DNA from: Acidobacteriota bacterium
GTDB lineage: Bacteria; Acidobacteriota; Vicinamibacteria; Vicinamibacterales; 2-12-FULL-66-21
Assembly: GCA_046726015.1 (NCBI GenBank)
Contig: JBKOZS010000143.1
Location: 1 to 50,802, forward strand
Direction of reading: 5' to 3'
Length of the DNA: 50,802 nt
Each line of letters opens with the position of its first letter. Within the stretch, counting starts at the first letter, position 1. Of this stretch, positions 10,113 through 23,136 are shown piece after piece. The translations under genes were made by a program, and so were the position numbers. The notes under the pieces are model-generated. The model was not told the DNA's origin and did no database searches. It worked only from the letters and a program-made list of their open reading frames with translations.

Positions 10113-11960
10113 TCACGACTGAATCGATTGAAAAATCACCGCTCCCGCACGAGAGAAATCGATGACCCGCCGTGCAAGATCGATGCGCGGCGGCTGCGGA
10201 TCCGACGCGAATGCCGCCTCCTCGGTCGTCAGCAAGGTTCGCCAGGGCCCCCCGTCAGCGAGGGCCGCGCGAAGATCGACACGGCCCGCATCGCGCAAGC
10301 GAGCGCAGATCAGGAACTGCGTACCGGGCTGCGACCGTCGAATGACGATCGTCACGTCGTCGATGGCATCGGCTCCGCAACTATACGTGGAGCTTGCTTG
10401 AAGTGCTGGATACGCCGCTCGGAGCGCCAGCAGCGCCCGGTGGAGCGCCAGGCTGGTCGCATGTCGAGGCAGGCCAAGGTCGTCCCAACGAAGCTTGCTG
10501 GCGTCGAACGTGTGATCCGCCTGCGGATTCGGGATCTGCGCGGCTGCGCCGGGCGTGGCGAATTCCGGAAAGTCCAGGAACTCTCGTCGCCGTCCTTCCA
10601 CGATCTGACACCCCAGCTGCGGCTCGAAATCGGTAAAGAACAAGAATGGCGTACTCGCCGCCCATTCCTGGCCCATGAAGAGCAGCGGCGTCATCGGCGC
10701 GACGAGCAGGATCACGACGGCCGCGCGCCAGGAGCCTTCATCGATCGTGTGATGTAACCGATCGCCGAGCGCGCGGTTCCCGATTTGATCGTGGTTCTGC
10801 ACGCAGATGACGGAGCGGCGCATCTCGACCTCGGACGGATCGGTTCCGCGCGGGCCTTCCGAGTGTTGGGAGTGCTGACCGACGAACAGCCAGCCCTGCC
10901 GCAGTGTGTCAGCGAGCTCGAGCGCCGTTCCGGCATAGTCCACGTAGTAGGCGTAGTTGTCGCCGGCAACCGCGCTGCGAACGACGTGATGGAGGTCGTC
11001 CGCCCACACACCGTCCACGTCCCAGCCGCCGCGCGAGCGGTCCATCACCATCTCGGCCAGGTTGCGATGATCCTCGGCGAAGACCAGCGGGCGCGGTTTG
11101 CGCGCGTCGTGCACCAGGCGCGTCAGCTCGGCGACGAACGGACGATCGCTCGTGTCGATCAGCGCGTGAGTGGCATCGAGCCGCAAGCCATCGACGTGGT
11201 ATTCGTGAACCCAGTGAAGCGCGTTGTCACTGAGCAGTCGCCGTACATGTTCGCAGCCCTTGTCGTCCAGGTTCACCGCATCCCCCCACGGCGTGGCATG
11301 CTTCGCCGTGAGAAATTCCGGGCTGAACTGCGGAAGGTAGGCTCCCTCGGGACCGAGGTGGTTGTAAACGACGTCGATGATGACGCCCAGCCCGATGGCA
11401 TGCGCGCGATCGATCAGCGCACGCAAATCTTCAGGCCGGCCGTACGCTCGCGATGGCGCAAAAAGTGATACGCCGTCGTAGCCCCAGTTTCGCCGGCCCG
11501 CGAAGTCCGCGACCGGCATCAGCTCGATTGCCGTGACACCGAGGTCGCGCAGATACTGAAGCCGTTCCGTCACCTCCGCAAAGGTGCCGCGCCCCGCGAA
11601 CGTGCCAACGTGGAGCTCGTAGATGACGACGGTTGCCGGATCGAGCCCCTTCCACGCCTGATCGGTCCAGGAGAAGCGCCGCGGGTCGATCACTTCCGAC
11701 CAGCCGTGAACGCCATCCGGCTGAAAGCGGCTCGCTGGATCGGGGCGCGGGTCACCGCCATCAATCGAATACGCGTAGCGGGCACCCGCGTCGACACCAG
11801 GCAGATCGATTTCCCAGATGCCATTCTCGCCGCGCGCCGGCCGATGGATCGTCGTGCCGGCTGCCGTGGCGATGTGTAGTTTCAGGTCACGTGGCGCGGT
11901 CGCCCAGACGCGAAACCGCGTCCCGCCTTCCGTCGGCACCGCGCCAAAAAACGGTCCCAC
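10113..11960 (-). CDS. treZ: Malto-oligosyltrehalose trehalohydrolase
   Basis: Motifs RPDPASRFQPDGVHG, YELHVGTF, NWGYDGV, DVVYNHLGPEG, GLRLDATHA, QNHDQIGNR and LFMGQEW. Confidence 0.96.
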   Translation of the reverse strand: MGPFFGAVPTEGGTRFRVWATAPRDLKLHIATAAGTTIHRPARGENGIWEIDLPGVDAGARYAYSIDGGDPRPDPASRFQPDGVHGWSEVIDPRRFSWTDQAWKGLDPATVVIYELHVGTFAGRGTFAEVTERLQYLRDLGVTAIELMPVADFAGRRNWGYDGVSLFAPSRAYGRPEDLRALIDRAHAIGLGVIIDVVYNHLGPEGAYLPQFSPEFLTAKHATPWGDAVNLDDKGCEHVRRLLSDNALHWVHEYHVDGLRLDATHALIDTSDRPFVAELTRLVHDARKPRPLVFAEDHRNLAEMVMDRSRGGWDVDGVWADDLHHVVRSAVAGDNYAYYVDYAGTALELADTLRQGWLFVGQHSQHSEGPRGTDPSEVEMRRSVICVQNHDQIGNRALGDRLHHTIDEGSWRAAVVILLVAPMTPLLFMGQEWAASTPFLFFTDFEPQLGCQIVEGRRREFLDFPEFATPGAAAQIPNPQADHTFDASKLRWDDLGLPRHATSLALHRALLALRAAYPALQASSTYSCGADAIDDVTIVIRRSQPGTQFLICARLRDAGRVDLRAALADGGPWRTLLTTEEAAFASDPQPPRIDLARRVIDFSRAGAVIFQSIQS

Positions 11961-11961
11961 G

Positions 11962-14900
11962 TCACACCAACTCCAGGATCCCCCGCAGCGGGATGCGAAC
12001 CCAATCGGGGCGGGTGTTCAACTCGTAGTTGAGCTCGTAGTAAGCCTTGCCGAGCAGGAACACATCGAGGAGCGTCGCGCGTTGCACGGGATCGAGCGGC
12101 AGAAACGACGAGCCCTCGGCAACTGACAGGTACCCTTTCAGGAAGGCAACGCTGTTCCAGGTCTGCCACGCGCGCGCCCACGGCTCGAGCCGGTCGAATG
12201 TCGAGTGCCGCGTATGCGTGTGAGCGAAAAGCGCCGCGTACGCAGCGTAGCTGAACGAACGCAGCATCCCGGCGACATCCTTGAGAGGCGACTCCTTGTC
12301 CCGCCGCTGCTCGAGCGGGCGCATCGGTTCCCCCTCGAAGTCCAGCAGGTAGAAATCACCCTCCGCCCAGAGGACCTGTCCGAGGTGATAGTCGCCGTGC
12401 ACGCGAGTGCGCGCGGTGGTGATGTCGAGGTCGCGTTTCGCCTGGAACCAGGCGATCACGTGCTCCGACCGCGCGATCAATTCGTGTGCGTTCGGCGCGA
12501 TGTCGGCGGGCAGGACCTCCAGCCGCTCTTCAATCAGCGCGATTGCGCGACGCGCCTGCGCGAGCGCGTCGGTGACGATCCGCCCCATGTGGTCGCGGGT
12601 GAACGGTTCCGGCGCGAATGCCGCCGTCCCGGAATCGGATGCGAGCGCGAGGTGGAGTTCGGCGGTCCGCCGGCCGAGCGTCTGTGCACTGTCGATGTAG
12701 GCGCCGGACAGATCGATGATCAGCGACGGCATCGGCTCGGCCGCAAGCGCGAGCAGGTGTGCCGACGGCAACAGCTCGTCGGCCATCGTGCCCTGGCCTT
12801 CGACCAGGTCGAAGAACCGTCCCAGCTCGCCCAGCGCGTGCCTCCAGCCATCGGCCTGGCTCCTGACGAATTCCTGCGCGACCGCAAGATGCGTCATCGT
12901 CTCGCCTGCCGGTTGATACTCGAGCGCGGCGGCCACCCTTGGCACGCGGCGGAATGTCCCGAGCCTGGTGAGCTGCTCGCCGATCTCGACATCGGGATTG
13001 GGTCCGGCCTCCACGTGACGGAACAACTTCACGATCAGGCGATCGCCGTAGGCGATTGACGTGTTGCTCTGTTCTGCTGACAGCCGGCGTGGCGGCAGGG
13101 GTCCGTCGCCGCGCACCGCTTCGAACTCGGTGGTCCTGTGTGCACGTACGATGCCGCGCTTGGTGTTCGCATCAGCACGATCGAGCATCTGCAGCAAGGC
13201 CGCGCCGAACGTCTCGTCGCCGATGGCGTCGGTGATCACGCCCTTGCGGGCGCCGGTCACGCGCGCCAGCGCGAGGTGGCTGGTGTTCGCAAGAAGAGCC
13301 TCCGCCGCGCCATCCGTCAGGATCGAGAGCGGCAGGAAATATCGCTGACGCCCGCCGTCGTGATACTCCACCTCGACCATCGTCAGGAACAGCGGATGCT
13401 GCCCGCGCCGGGCCAAGCCCCAATCGACGAGCCGCGCCGCGCGAATCGACCGCGCTTTGCCGCCGAACCATCGCTGGCGAAGCAGGAACGGTGCGAGGGC
13501 CTCCCGCTCGATCAGCGTGCGCACGTTGCCTTCGAGCAGCGTGTCCCACGCGACACCCATGAAGAACGCTGGCAGGTGATCAGGCGACGCCGTCGTCTCA
13601 GCCGCCAACCGCGCGCCGTGCGTCGTCGGCACCTGCTGCAGGCGGAACCAGTAAAACGAATACGGACTCAACGTGAGGAAATACGGCAGGTCGCCGATGC
13701 GAGGAAACTCGGTCAACCCGAGCATCTCCACCGGCGTCATCCCCTTGAACCTCGAGAGGTCCAGTTCCACTGGCTGAACGGAGCGTGCGAGGTTGGCGAC
13801 GCACAGGATCAGCTCATCGTCGTAGCGGCGAACGTACGTGAGGATCTTGCGATTCCGCGACGACAGGAATTCGAGCGTTCCCCGTCCGAAGACCTTCGAC
13901 TGCTTGCGCAGCCCGATCATCCGCTTCATCCAGTTGAGCAGCGAATAGGGCGTCCGCTCCTGGGCCTCGACGTTAATCGCCTGGTAGCCGTGGACGGCAT
14001 CCATGATGGGGGGCGCGTAGAGCTGCGCGGGATCGGCGCGAGAAAACCCGCCGTTGCGATCGCCGGTCCACTGCATTGGCGTCCGCACGCCATTGCGATC
14101 GCCCAGGTAGATGTTGTCCCCCATCGCGATCTCGTCGCCGTAATAAATGACCGGCGTGCCGGGCAGCGAGAACAGGAGCGAGTTCATCAGCTCGATGCGG
14201 CGGCGGCTGTTCTCCATCAGCGGCGCGAGCCGCCGCCTGATGCCGACATTGATCCGCATCTTCGGATCGGCCGCATACGCCTGATACATGTAGTCGCGCT
14301 CTTCGTCCGTCACCATTTCGAGCGTCAGCTCGTCGTGGTTCCGGAGGAACAGACCCCATTGACAGTTCTCGGGGATGTCCGGCGTCTGCCGCAGGATCTC
14401 CGTGATGGGATGCCGATCTTCCTGCCGGACGCCCATGAACATGCGAGGCATGAGCGGGAAGTGGAATGCCATGTGGCACTCGTCGCCTTCGCCGAAGTAC
14501 GGCCGCACGTCGGCCGGCCACTGGTTCGCTTCCGCAATCAGCATCCGGTCCGGGTAGCGTGCGTCGAGCGCGCTGCGAATCAGCTTGAGGATCGCGTGCG
14601 TTTCCGGCAGGTTTTCGCAGATCGTGCCTTCGCGCTCGATCAGGTACGGCACCGCATCGAGCCGTAGTCCGTCGACCCCGCGATCCAGCCAGAACTGCAT
14701 CACCTTGATCACCGCGTCGATGACGCGCGGGTTGTCGAAGTTCAGGTCCGGCTGATGATGAAAGAACCGATGCCAGTAGTACGCCTTCGCGGTGTCGTCC
14801 CACGACCAGTTCGACGTCTCGGTATCCGTGAAGATGATCCGGACCCCTTCGTACTTCCGGTTGGTGTCGCTCCAGACGTAGAACTCGCGTTCCGGCGATC

Positions 14901-15261
14901 CGGCCGGCGCGCGGCGCGCGGCCTGGAACCACGGATGCTGATCGGACGTGTGGTTGATGACCAGCTCGGTGATCACGCGGATCTCACGCTTGTGCGCTTC
15001 CTCCATGAAGCGTTCGAAGTCCTGCAGCGTGCCGTAGCTCGGATGGATGTTCTCGTAATCCGCGATGTCGTAGCCGTCGTCGCGGAGTGGCGACGGATAG
15101 AACGGCAGGAGCCACAGGCAGTTGACGCCAAGGCCCTGCAGGTAGTCGAGACGGCTGGTCAGCCCCGGGAAGTCACCGATGCCATCGTTGTTGCTGTCGA
15201 AAAATGCGCGGACGTGCGCTTCGTAGATGACGGCATCCTTGTACCAGAGCGCATCAGCCAT
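11962..15261 (-). CDS. treS: Trehalose synthase fused to maltokinase (TreS-Mak/Pep2)
   Basis: N-terminal GH13 domain: [46 protein letters not shown]-terminal kinase: [27 protein letters not shown] 15261 is preferred for its short overlap with the glgE stop; the track start is 15372. Confidence 0.95.
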   Translation of the reverse strand: MADALWYKDAVIYEAHVRAFFDSNNDGIGDFPGLTSRLDYLQGLGVNCLWLLPFYPSPLRDDGYDIADYENIHPSYGTLQDFERFMEEAHKREIRVITELVINHTSDQHPWFQAARRAPAGSPEREFYVWSDTNRKYEGVRIIFTDTETSNWSWDDTAKAYYWHRFFHHQPDLNFDNPRVIDAVIKVMQFWLDRGVDGLRLDAVPYLIEREGTICENLPETHAILKLIRSALDARYPDRMLIAEANQWPADVRPYFGEGDECHMAFHFPLMPRMFMGVRQEDRHPITEILRQTPDIPENCQWGLFLRNHDELTLEMVTDEERDYMYQAYAADPKMRINVGIRRRLAPLMENSRRRIELMNSLLFSLPGTPVIYYGDEIAMGDNIYLGDRNGVRTPMQWTGDRNGGFSRADPAQLYAPPIMDAVHGYQAINVEAQERTPYSLLNWMKRMIGLRKQSKVFGRGTLEFLSSRNRKILTYVRRYDDELILCVANLARSVQPVELDLSRFKGMTPVEMLGLTEFPRIGDLPYFLTLSPYSFYWFRLQQVPTTHGARLAAETTASPDHLPAFFMGVAWDTLLEGNVRTLIEREALAPFLLRQRWFGGKARSIRAARLVDWGLARRGQHPLFLTMVEVEYHDGGRQRYFLPLSILTDGAAEALLANTSHLALARVTGARKGVITDAIGDETFGAALLQMLDRADANTKRGIVRAHRTTEFEAVRGDGPLPPRRLSAEQSNTSIAYGDRLIVKLFRHVEAGPNPDVEIGEQLTRLGTFRRVPRVAAALEYQPAGETMTHLAVAQEFVRSQADGWRHALGELGRFFDLVEGQGTMADELLPSAHLLALAAEPMPSLIIDLSGAYIDSAQTLGRRTAELHLALASDSGTAAFAPEPFTRDHMGRIVTDALAQARRAIALIEERLEVLPADIAPNAHELIARSEHVIAWFQAKRDLDITTARTRVHGDYHLGQVLWAEGDFYLLDFEGEPMRPLEQRRDKESPLKDVAGMLRSFSYAAYAALFAHTHTRHSTFDRLEPWARAWQTWNSVAFLKGYLSVAEGSSFLPLDPVQRATLLDVFLLGKAYYELNYELNTRPDWVRIPLRGILELV

Positions 15262-17293
15262 GGTCGCGCGCTCGAGGGTCAATTGCGAGGATGTGCGCCG
15301 TGCGGACGCCGGGGTCGAGTCGGACGTAGTTCCACTCGCCGCGCCAGTAATAGGTTTCGTCGGAGAGGACATCGTGCGCCTCGAAGGTGTGAGTGGGGCC
15401 GGTGCGCCAGTCCTCGAGCGGCAGCTGGATCCAGCCGTGCTGCATGCTGAACGGATCCAGGTTGACGACGACGAGGACGATATCGGATCGGTCTTCGGTC
15501 CGCTTGCTGTAGCAGATCAACTGCGGGTTGTCGGTGCGGTGAAACGCAAGGCCGCGATCGGTCTGGAGCGCTGGATGCGCGTGACGCATCCGGTTGATGC
15601 GCGCGATCATTTCGGCAAGGCTCTCCGGGTGCTCGAAGTCGCGCGGCTTAATCTGGTACTTCTCGGAGTCGAGATACTCTTCGCTGCCCGGTTTCACGGG
15701 CGTGTTCTCGCACAGCTCGAAGCCGCTGTAGATGCCATAGCTCGCGCCAAGCGTGGCCGCCAGCACGAGTCGCGCCTGGAAGGCGGCGCGGCCGCCGTGC
15801 TGCAGGTACTCGTGCAGGATGTCGGGCGTGTTCGCGAACAGGTTCGGCCGCATGTATTCACGGACGTCGGTCTGCGTCAGCTCCGTGAAGTACTCGACCA
15901 GTTCGTCCTTCGAATTGCGCCAGGTGAAGTACGTGTAGGACTGCGAGAATCCCACCTTCGCGAGATGGCGCATGACTTTCGGACGCGTAAACGCTTCCGA
16001 CAGGAAGATCGTGTCGGGGTAGGTTTTCTTGATCCTGGCGAGCGCCCACTGCCAGAAGCGGAACGGCTTCGTGTGGGGATTGTCGACGCGGAAGATCTTC
16101 ACGCCGTGCGACGCCCAGAACTCGATCACGCTCGCGAGCTCCTGCCAGAGAGCGGACCAATCCTCGGATTCGAAATCGAACGGGTAGATGTCCTGGTATT
16201 TCTTTGGCGGGTTCTCCGCGTACTTGATCGTGCCGTCGGGGCGGTGCCTGAACCACGACGGATGCGCCTTGACGTAAGGATGATCCGGCGACGCCTGGTA
16301 CGCGATGTCGAGCGCAATCTCGAGGCCATGGCGCTCCGCCGCTTTCACGAAGCGATCGAAATCCTCGAGCGTGCCGAGGCCAGGCTCGACCGCCTTGTGC
16401 CCTCCCTCAGCGGCGCCGATGGCCCACGGGCTTCCAGGGTCTGCGGGCGCGGGCGTCAGCGAATTGTTGCGTCCCTTTCGAAAGCTGATCCCGATCGGAT
16501 GGATGGGGGGTAGATAGAGCACATCGAAGCCCATGGCCGCGACGTAGGGGAGCCGCGCCGCGGCTTCATCGAACGTCGCGCTGCGCGTTGGATCGGTGCC
16601 GGCCGATCGCGGAAACATCTCGTACCACGCGCCGAAACGCGCGCGCTCGCGCTCCACCATCACGGCAAACACGCGATCGCTTCGCGTCGCGCGGCCGCGA
16701 TCTTCGTGGCGCGCCATCAGGGCTTTGAGATCGTCCACAAGTGCGGTCGTCACGCGCGTGGCAGCGTCGGTGGCGGTATCCTCGAGCGCTGCCGCCAGGT
16801 CGGTGAGGCGCTTCTTGTCGTCGGCCCTGGCGCGGCCGGCCGCGTCGCGCAGCAGTGCCGCGCCTTCGAGCAGCTCGCTCGAGACCTCTTGTCCCGCCCC
16901 CACCTTCTTTGACAGCGCGAGCCGCCAGCTCTCGAACCGATCGATCCAGCCTTCGATCGTGTATTCGTAATCGATCATCTCGGCAATGCGGAACGTCGCA
17001 CGCCAGCGATCGTTTCCGATCGCCACCATCGGCGCCTCGATCCAGCTCTGCTCGCCCTGCCGCCTCCAGAGCACGACCACGGCCAGCGTATCGTGCCCGT
17101 CGACGAACACGTCCGCCTCGACGATCACGTCCTCGCCGGGCGTTCGCTTGATTGGGAACTGTCCGCCGTCCACCGCGGGCGCCACGTTCTCGATGACCAC
17201 GCGGCGGCGGAGCTGTGGATCCAGAGAGCGAAGGTCGTTGGTTGCGTTTGCGGTCGCGGTCGCCGTTGTCGAAGGTTGCGCTCTCTTTGCCAT
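15254..17293 (-). CDS. glgE: Alpha-1,4-glucan:maltose-1-phosphate maltosyltransferase
   Basis: Motifs [55 protein letters not shown] and NTPDIL. Confidence 0.96.
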   Translation of the reverse strand: MAKRAQPSTTATATANATNDLRSLDPQLRRRVVIENVAPAVDGGQFPIKRTPGEDVIVEADVFVDGHDTLAVVVLWRRQGEQSWIEAPMVAIGNDRWRATFRIAEMIDYEYTIEGWIDRFESWRLALSKKVGAGQEVSSELLEGAALLRDAAGRARADDKKRLTDLAAALEDTATDAATRVTTALVDDLKALMARHEDRGRATRSDRVFAVMVERERARFGAWYEMFPRSAGTDPTRSATFDEAAARLPYVAAMGFDVLYLPPIHPIGISFRKGRNNSLTPAPADPGSPWAIGAAEGGHKAVEPGLGTLEDFDRFVKAAERHGLEIALDIAYQASPDHPYVKAHPSWFRHRPDGTIKYAENPPKKYQDIYPFDFESEDWSALWQELASVIEFWASHGVKIFRVDNPHTKPFRFWQWALARIKKTYPDTIFLSEAFTRPKVMRHLAKVGFSQSYTYFTWRNSKDELVEYFTELTQTDVREYMRPNLFANTPDILHEYLQHGGRAAFQARLVLAATLGASYGIYSGFELCENTPVKPGSEEYLDSEKYQIKPRDFEHPESLAEMIARINRMRHAHPALQTDRGLAFHRTDNPQLICYSKRTEDRSDIVLVVVNLDPFSMQHGWIQLPLEDWRTGPTHTFEAHDVLSDETYYWRGEWNYVRLDPGVRTAHILAIDPRARDHG

Positions 17294-17344
17294 CTTGCAA
17301 ATCGTCAATGAAATGTTTCAGTCACCGCCTGGAAATCCTGGAAG

Positions 17345-19510
<2,166 letters not shown>

Positions 19511-19584
19511 TGAGCGGTTGTGCACAGCAGACCTTCGTAACACGCCCGGCTCTGCCGACGCAACCGAGCTCAGCGCGGCTCTGG

Positions 19585-19600
19585 TGGCGCGTCGCTTGCT
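19585..19600 (+). promoter_or_regulatory. Putative sigma54 (-24/-12) promoter
   Basis: TGGCGCGTCGCTTGCT matches TGGCACG-N4-TTGC(A/T) with exact GG-N10-GC spacing, about 85 nt upstream of the DUF2383 gene. Confidence 0.55.
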
Positions 19601-19685
19601 CCTCTATCGAAGAAGCATGCCGCTCGGGTGTCAGGAAGTCCCGCATGCGGCAACCAAATTCCCATCGAAAGGTATGGTGCAAACA

Positions 19686-20132
19686 ATGGACACTGGCAAA
19701 GGCATTTCCACGTTGAACGATCTGATAGAGACCTGCCGGGACGGCGAGAACGGCTTCCGCACCGCGGCGGCAGGCGTGAAGGATCCGCATGTGAAGCAAC
19801 TGTTCGACCGCTTCGCGCGGCAGCGCGCCGAGATGGTCCGCGAGCTTCAGCAGGAAGTGCGGAGGCTTGGAGGCAACCCGGAGCAGAGCGGCAGCACCTC
19901 GGCGGCGCTTCACCGTGGCTGGATGAACATCAAGTCGCTCGTGACCGGCAGCGACGACAGCGCGATCATCGCCGAAGCGGAACGCGGCGAGGACGTCGCC
20001 AAAGCCGCCTACGCGAAAGCGTTGAAGGAGGATCTGCCGGCCGGCGCGCGAACCCTGATCCAGTCGCAGGCCGACATCGTCAAGCTCGCGCACGATGAAG
20101 TGCGCGCGCTGGAGAAGACGCACACGCGATAA
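19686..20132 (+). CDS. PA2169/DUF2383-family ferritin-like four-helix-bundle protein
   Basis: LNDLIETCRDGENGFRTAA, LGGNPEQSGS...LHRGWMNIKS and EAERGEDVAKAAY. Confidence 0.9.
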   Translation: MDTGKGISTLNDLIETCRDGENGFRTAAAGVKDPHVKQLFDRFARQRAEMVRELQQEVRRLGGNPEQSGSTSAALHRGWMNIKSLVTGSDDSAIIAEAERGEDVAKAAYAKALKEDLPAGARTLIQSQADIVKLAHDEVRALEKTHTR

Positions 20133-20141
20133 TCGTTGCGC

Positions 20142-20603
20142 ATGCAGTCACCTGCCGATCGGAACCTGGACACGCTTCGCCGATGGGCGGGGCTGCTCGA
20201 CAACGCGTTCCGCGTGCCTGGCACCAACATCCGTTTCGGCCTCGATCCGATCCTCGGCCTCGTGCCGGGGATCGGCGACCTGGCCACACCGGCACTTGCG
20301 GTACTGCTCCTGGTCCACGGGGCCAGGGTGCGCGTGCCGAAGATCGTGCTCGCGCGGATGGTCCTCAATGCGCTGATTGATTTCGTGGTGGGCGCGATTC
20401 CGGTCGTCGGGGACCTGTTCGACTTCGGGTGGAAATCGAACGTGTGGAACCTGGCGTTGCTCGAGCGTCACGCGCGGCCGGGCGCGCGCGCCACGCGCGG
20501 CGACTGGATCTTTGTCATCGGCTGCGTGACGATCGTGCTCCTCGCGGCGGCCATTCCGTTCGTGGTGCTGTTCTGGCTGCTGCGGAACGTGTCGTTGATC
20601 TAA
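20142..20603 (+). CDS. DUF4112-family membrane protein
   Basis: LLDNAFRVPGTNIRFGLDPILGLVPGIGD and GAIPVVGDLFDFGWKSN. Confidence 0.88.
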   Translation: MQSPADRNLDTLRRWAGLLDNAFRVPGTNIRFGLDPILGLVPGIGDLATPALAVLLLVHGARVRVPKIVLARMVLNALIDFVVGAIPVVGDLFDFGWKSNVWNLALLERHARPGARATRGDWIFVIGCVTIVLLAAAIPFVVLFWLLRNVSLI

Positions 20604-20652
20604 AGAGAGCAACGCCGCCGAGCGATCACTGAGAGCGCCGTGTCAATTACGG

Positions 20653-20712
20653 ATGACGAATGCCGAATGCCAATATCTGGAAATTCGGCATTCGGCATTC
20701 CGCATTTGGCAT
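20653..20712. repeat. Inverted arrays of 7-nt repeats (ATGCCGA / ATTCGGC)
   Basis: atgacga atgccga atgccaa ... attcggc attcggc attccgc atttggc at. Confidence 0.75.
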
Positions 20713-20755
20713 GGATGGCCAGGCTGTCTCTCTCTTTTCAGCAGCCTGCCACCGA

Positions 20756-21919
20756 TCAGTCCCCTAACAATTCAGCGACGGGTTGCAGTTCCTCGATGTG
20801 ATCCGACAACGCCTTCAGCATCATCAACATCGGCACGGCAAGCAGCGCACCCCAGACGCCCCAGACCCAGCTCCAGAACAACAGGCCGACGAAGATCGCC
20901 ACCGGGTTCATCCGCGCGGCGCGTCCCATGAGCGCCGGCATGAGTAGGAACCCTTCGAGGCTGGTGATCGCGAAGGCGACGGCGCACACGAGTATCGTCT
21001 GCGAGATGCTGTCGAACTGCGTGAACGCGACGACACCAAGACCGGCGGTCACGAGGATCGGTCCGACATACGGGATCGTGTTGAAGATGCCTGCCGCGAG
21101 CCCCCACACGATCCACTGGTCCAGTCCGAGGTACCAGAGCGCGACCATCGTGAGCACGCCGACCAGCGCGCTCGTCAACAGCTGCACGCGCATGAAGCTG
21201 GCGATCTGCACGTTGATGTCGTCGAGAATCTGCACCGTCAGCTTTTTCTGCCAGAGATGCGGCCCGGCAATCTTGACAATCTTGCGTTTGTACAGATCGC
21301 CGGCCGCGAGAAAGAAGTAGACCAGGAACAGGATCATCGCGAACTGGCCAATCGCGCCAATCAGCCCCGCGCTGCCCCAGTACAAGTAATCGCTCGCTTT
21401 GAATGCGGGCTCGACCACCTGCACCCTGGTGACGCCTGGTGGTGGTGGTGTGGTGGAGCCGGCCTGCTGCGACGCTTCCTGCGCCGTCCGTTCGAGTGAC
21501 GTCGCCGCTTTCTGCACCTGCTGCAGCGCGCCGTTCGAATCCTTCCTGTGCAGCCTTACGCGCTGCTGGATGCGTTGCGCGGCCTGCGGCACCTGTCCAA
21601 CGATCTCCATCACTTCATCGGTCAGGCTGTAGACGGCGCCTCCGAGCGCGCCGACGAGCAGGATCAACACCACCGCTGCGCCAACCGGGCGCGGCACCCT
21701 CACCCGCGCCAGTGCCGTGACAATTGGTTCCAGCGTGTATGCCATCAGGATCCCGAGGACGATCGGAATCAGGACGGACCGCGCGTAATACAGCATCCCG
21801 ACGATGGCGATCGTGGCAAGCGCCACCAGGGTCACGCTGCGGACGTCAGTCGGTACTTCGACGACCACGGGAGGCGCATCTTCGGGGCGAACTTCGTCAG
21901 GCGTCTGTGTGTCGGCCAT
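20756..21919 (-). CDS. AI-2E family transporter
   Basis: Multi-TM protein with FNTIPYVGP, EGFLLMPALMG, MNPVAIFVGLLFW and WGALLAVP. Start placed at ATG 21919. Confidence 0.92.
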   Translation of the reverse strand: MADTQTPDEVRPEDAPPVVVEVPTDVRSVTLVALATIAIVGMLYYARSVLIPIVLGILMAYTLEPIVTALARVRVPRPVGAAVVLILLVGALGGAVYSLTDEVMEIVGQVPQAAQRIQQRVRLHRKDSNGALQQVQKAATSLERTAQEASQQAGSTTPPPPGVTRVQVVEPAFKASDYLYWGSAGLIGAIGQFAMILFLVYFFLAAGDLYKRKIVKIAGPHLWQKKLTVQILDDINVQIASFMRVQLLTSALVGVLTMVALWYLGLDQWIVWGLAAGIFNTIPYVGPILVTAGLGVVAFTQFDSISQTILVCAVAFAITSLEGFLLMPALMGRAARMNPVAIFVGLLFWSWVWGVWGALLAVPMLMMLKALSDHIEELQPVAELLGD

Positions 21920-21970
21920 TACAATCTGAGCCGTGGGGTGCAAGATTAACGCCGAGGTTTGTGCTCTGCC

Positions 21971-23125
21971 ATGAAGGTTGCGGAGTTCGACTTTTCGCTT
22001 CCGGCAGAGCTTATCGCGCAGACACCGGTCGCGCGCGGAGCATCCCGCCTGCTCGTCCTCGGTCGCGAGAGCGGCAGCGTGGCGCACGCGCACGTGCGGG
22101 ATCTTCCAAAGTACTTACGTCCCGGCGACCTGCTGGTCGCGAACGACACGCGCGTCTTCCCCGCGCGCTTGCTCGGGCACCGGGTGCCGAGCGGCGGCGC
22201 CGTCGAATGCCTGTTGCTCGCACGGGAACCGTCGAACTTCGAGCCTCGGACCTCGGACGTCGGACCTCGACCCTCGGACCTCGAACCTCGACCCTCGGAC
22301 CTCGAACCTCGAACCTCGGACCTCGGCACGGGTCCCGATCACACCCAGTTCTGGACCGCATTGATGCACCCAGGGCAAAAGCTCAAACCGGGTGCGCTCG
22401 TGCGGTTCGACGGGCCGGCGGGCGTGCTGATGGCGGAGGTGCTCGAACGGCAGTACTTCGGGCGCCGCCGCATTCGTCTGTGGGTCGATTCCGGACCGGG
22501 CATCGACGCGCTCGTGGACGCACTCGGCCACGTGCCGCTTCCGCCGTATATTCATCGCGCCGACACGACGGAGGACCGGGACCGCTATCAAACCGTGTTT
22601 GCCGCACACCGCGGTTCGGTGGCGGCGCCGACGGCGGGCCTGCACTTCGACACGTCGCTGCTCGCCACACTCAATGCCGCCGGTATCGAACGAACGTCGG
22701 TGACCTTGCACGTCGGGTACGGCACGTTCAAGCCCGTTCGCGTCCAAAACGTTGAGGAGCACGAGGTCGATCTCGAGCACTACGAGATCAATGAAACCGC
22801 CGCCACGGCGATCAATCGCGCGCTCGACAGCGGGCGCCGTCTCGTCGCGGTGGGGACGACAACGACGCGGGCGCTCGAGGACGCGGCGCGCCGCGGCAAC
22901 GGCCGCGTCCCCGTTGGCGCCAGTGAGGCGCGCCTCTTCATCTATCCAGGGTTCGACTTCCGCGTCATCTCCGGCCTGATGACGAACTTTCACCTGCCGC
23001 AATCCTCGCTGCTGATGCTGGTGTCCGCCTTTGCCGGCCGCGAGCGCGTGCTGGCGGCGTACCGGGAAGCCGTCGAGCAGCGCTATCGCTTTTACAGCTA
23101 CGGCGACGCAATGTTGGTGATCTGA
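21971..23125 (+). CDS. queA: S-adenosylmethionine:tRNA ribosyltransferase-isomerase, with an in-frame repeat insertion
   Basis: Motifs FDFSLPAELIAQTP, NDTRVFPARL, PLPPYI, YQTVFA, AAPTAGLHF, LHVGYGTF, VGTTTTRALE, TNFHLPQS and YRFYSYGDAML. Confidence 0.97.
   Translation: MKVAEFDFSLPAELIAQTPVARGASRLLVLGRESGSVAHAHVRDLPKYLRPGDLLVANDTRVFPARLLGHRVPSGGAVECLLLAREPSNFEPRTSDVGPRPSDLEPRPSDLEPRTSDLGTGPDHTQFWTALMHPGQKLKPGALVRFDGPAGVLMAEVLERQYFGRRRIRLWVDSGPGIDALVDALGHVPLPPYIHRADTTEDRDRYQTVFAAHRGSVAAPTAGLHFDTSLLATLNAAGIERTSVTLHVGYGTFKPVRVQNVEEHEVDLEHYEINETAATAINRALDSGRRLVAVGTTTTRALEDAARRGNGRVPVGASEARLFIYPGFDFRVISGLMTNFHLPQSSLLMLVSAFAGRERVLAAYREAVEQRYRFYSYGDAMLVI
22228..22325. repeat. 14 tandem 7-nt units (consensus GACCTCG/AACCTCG) inside queA
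   Basis: accgtcg aacttcg agcctcg gacctcg gacgtcg gacctcg accctcg gacctcg aacctcg accctcg gacctcg aacctcg aacctcg gacctcg. Confidence 0.95.
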
Positions 23126-23136
23126 GACAATGCAGC

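Noticed and set aside
22228-22325. Repeat arrays considered as a CRISPR array
   Set aside because: They are contiguous 7-nt units with no unique spacers, and there are no cas genes in the window.
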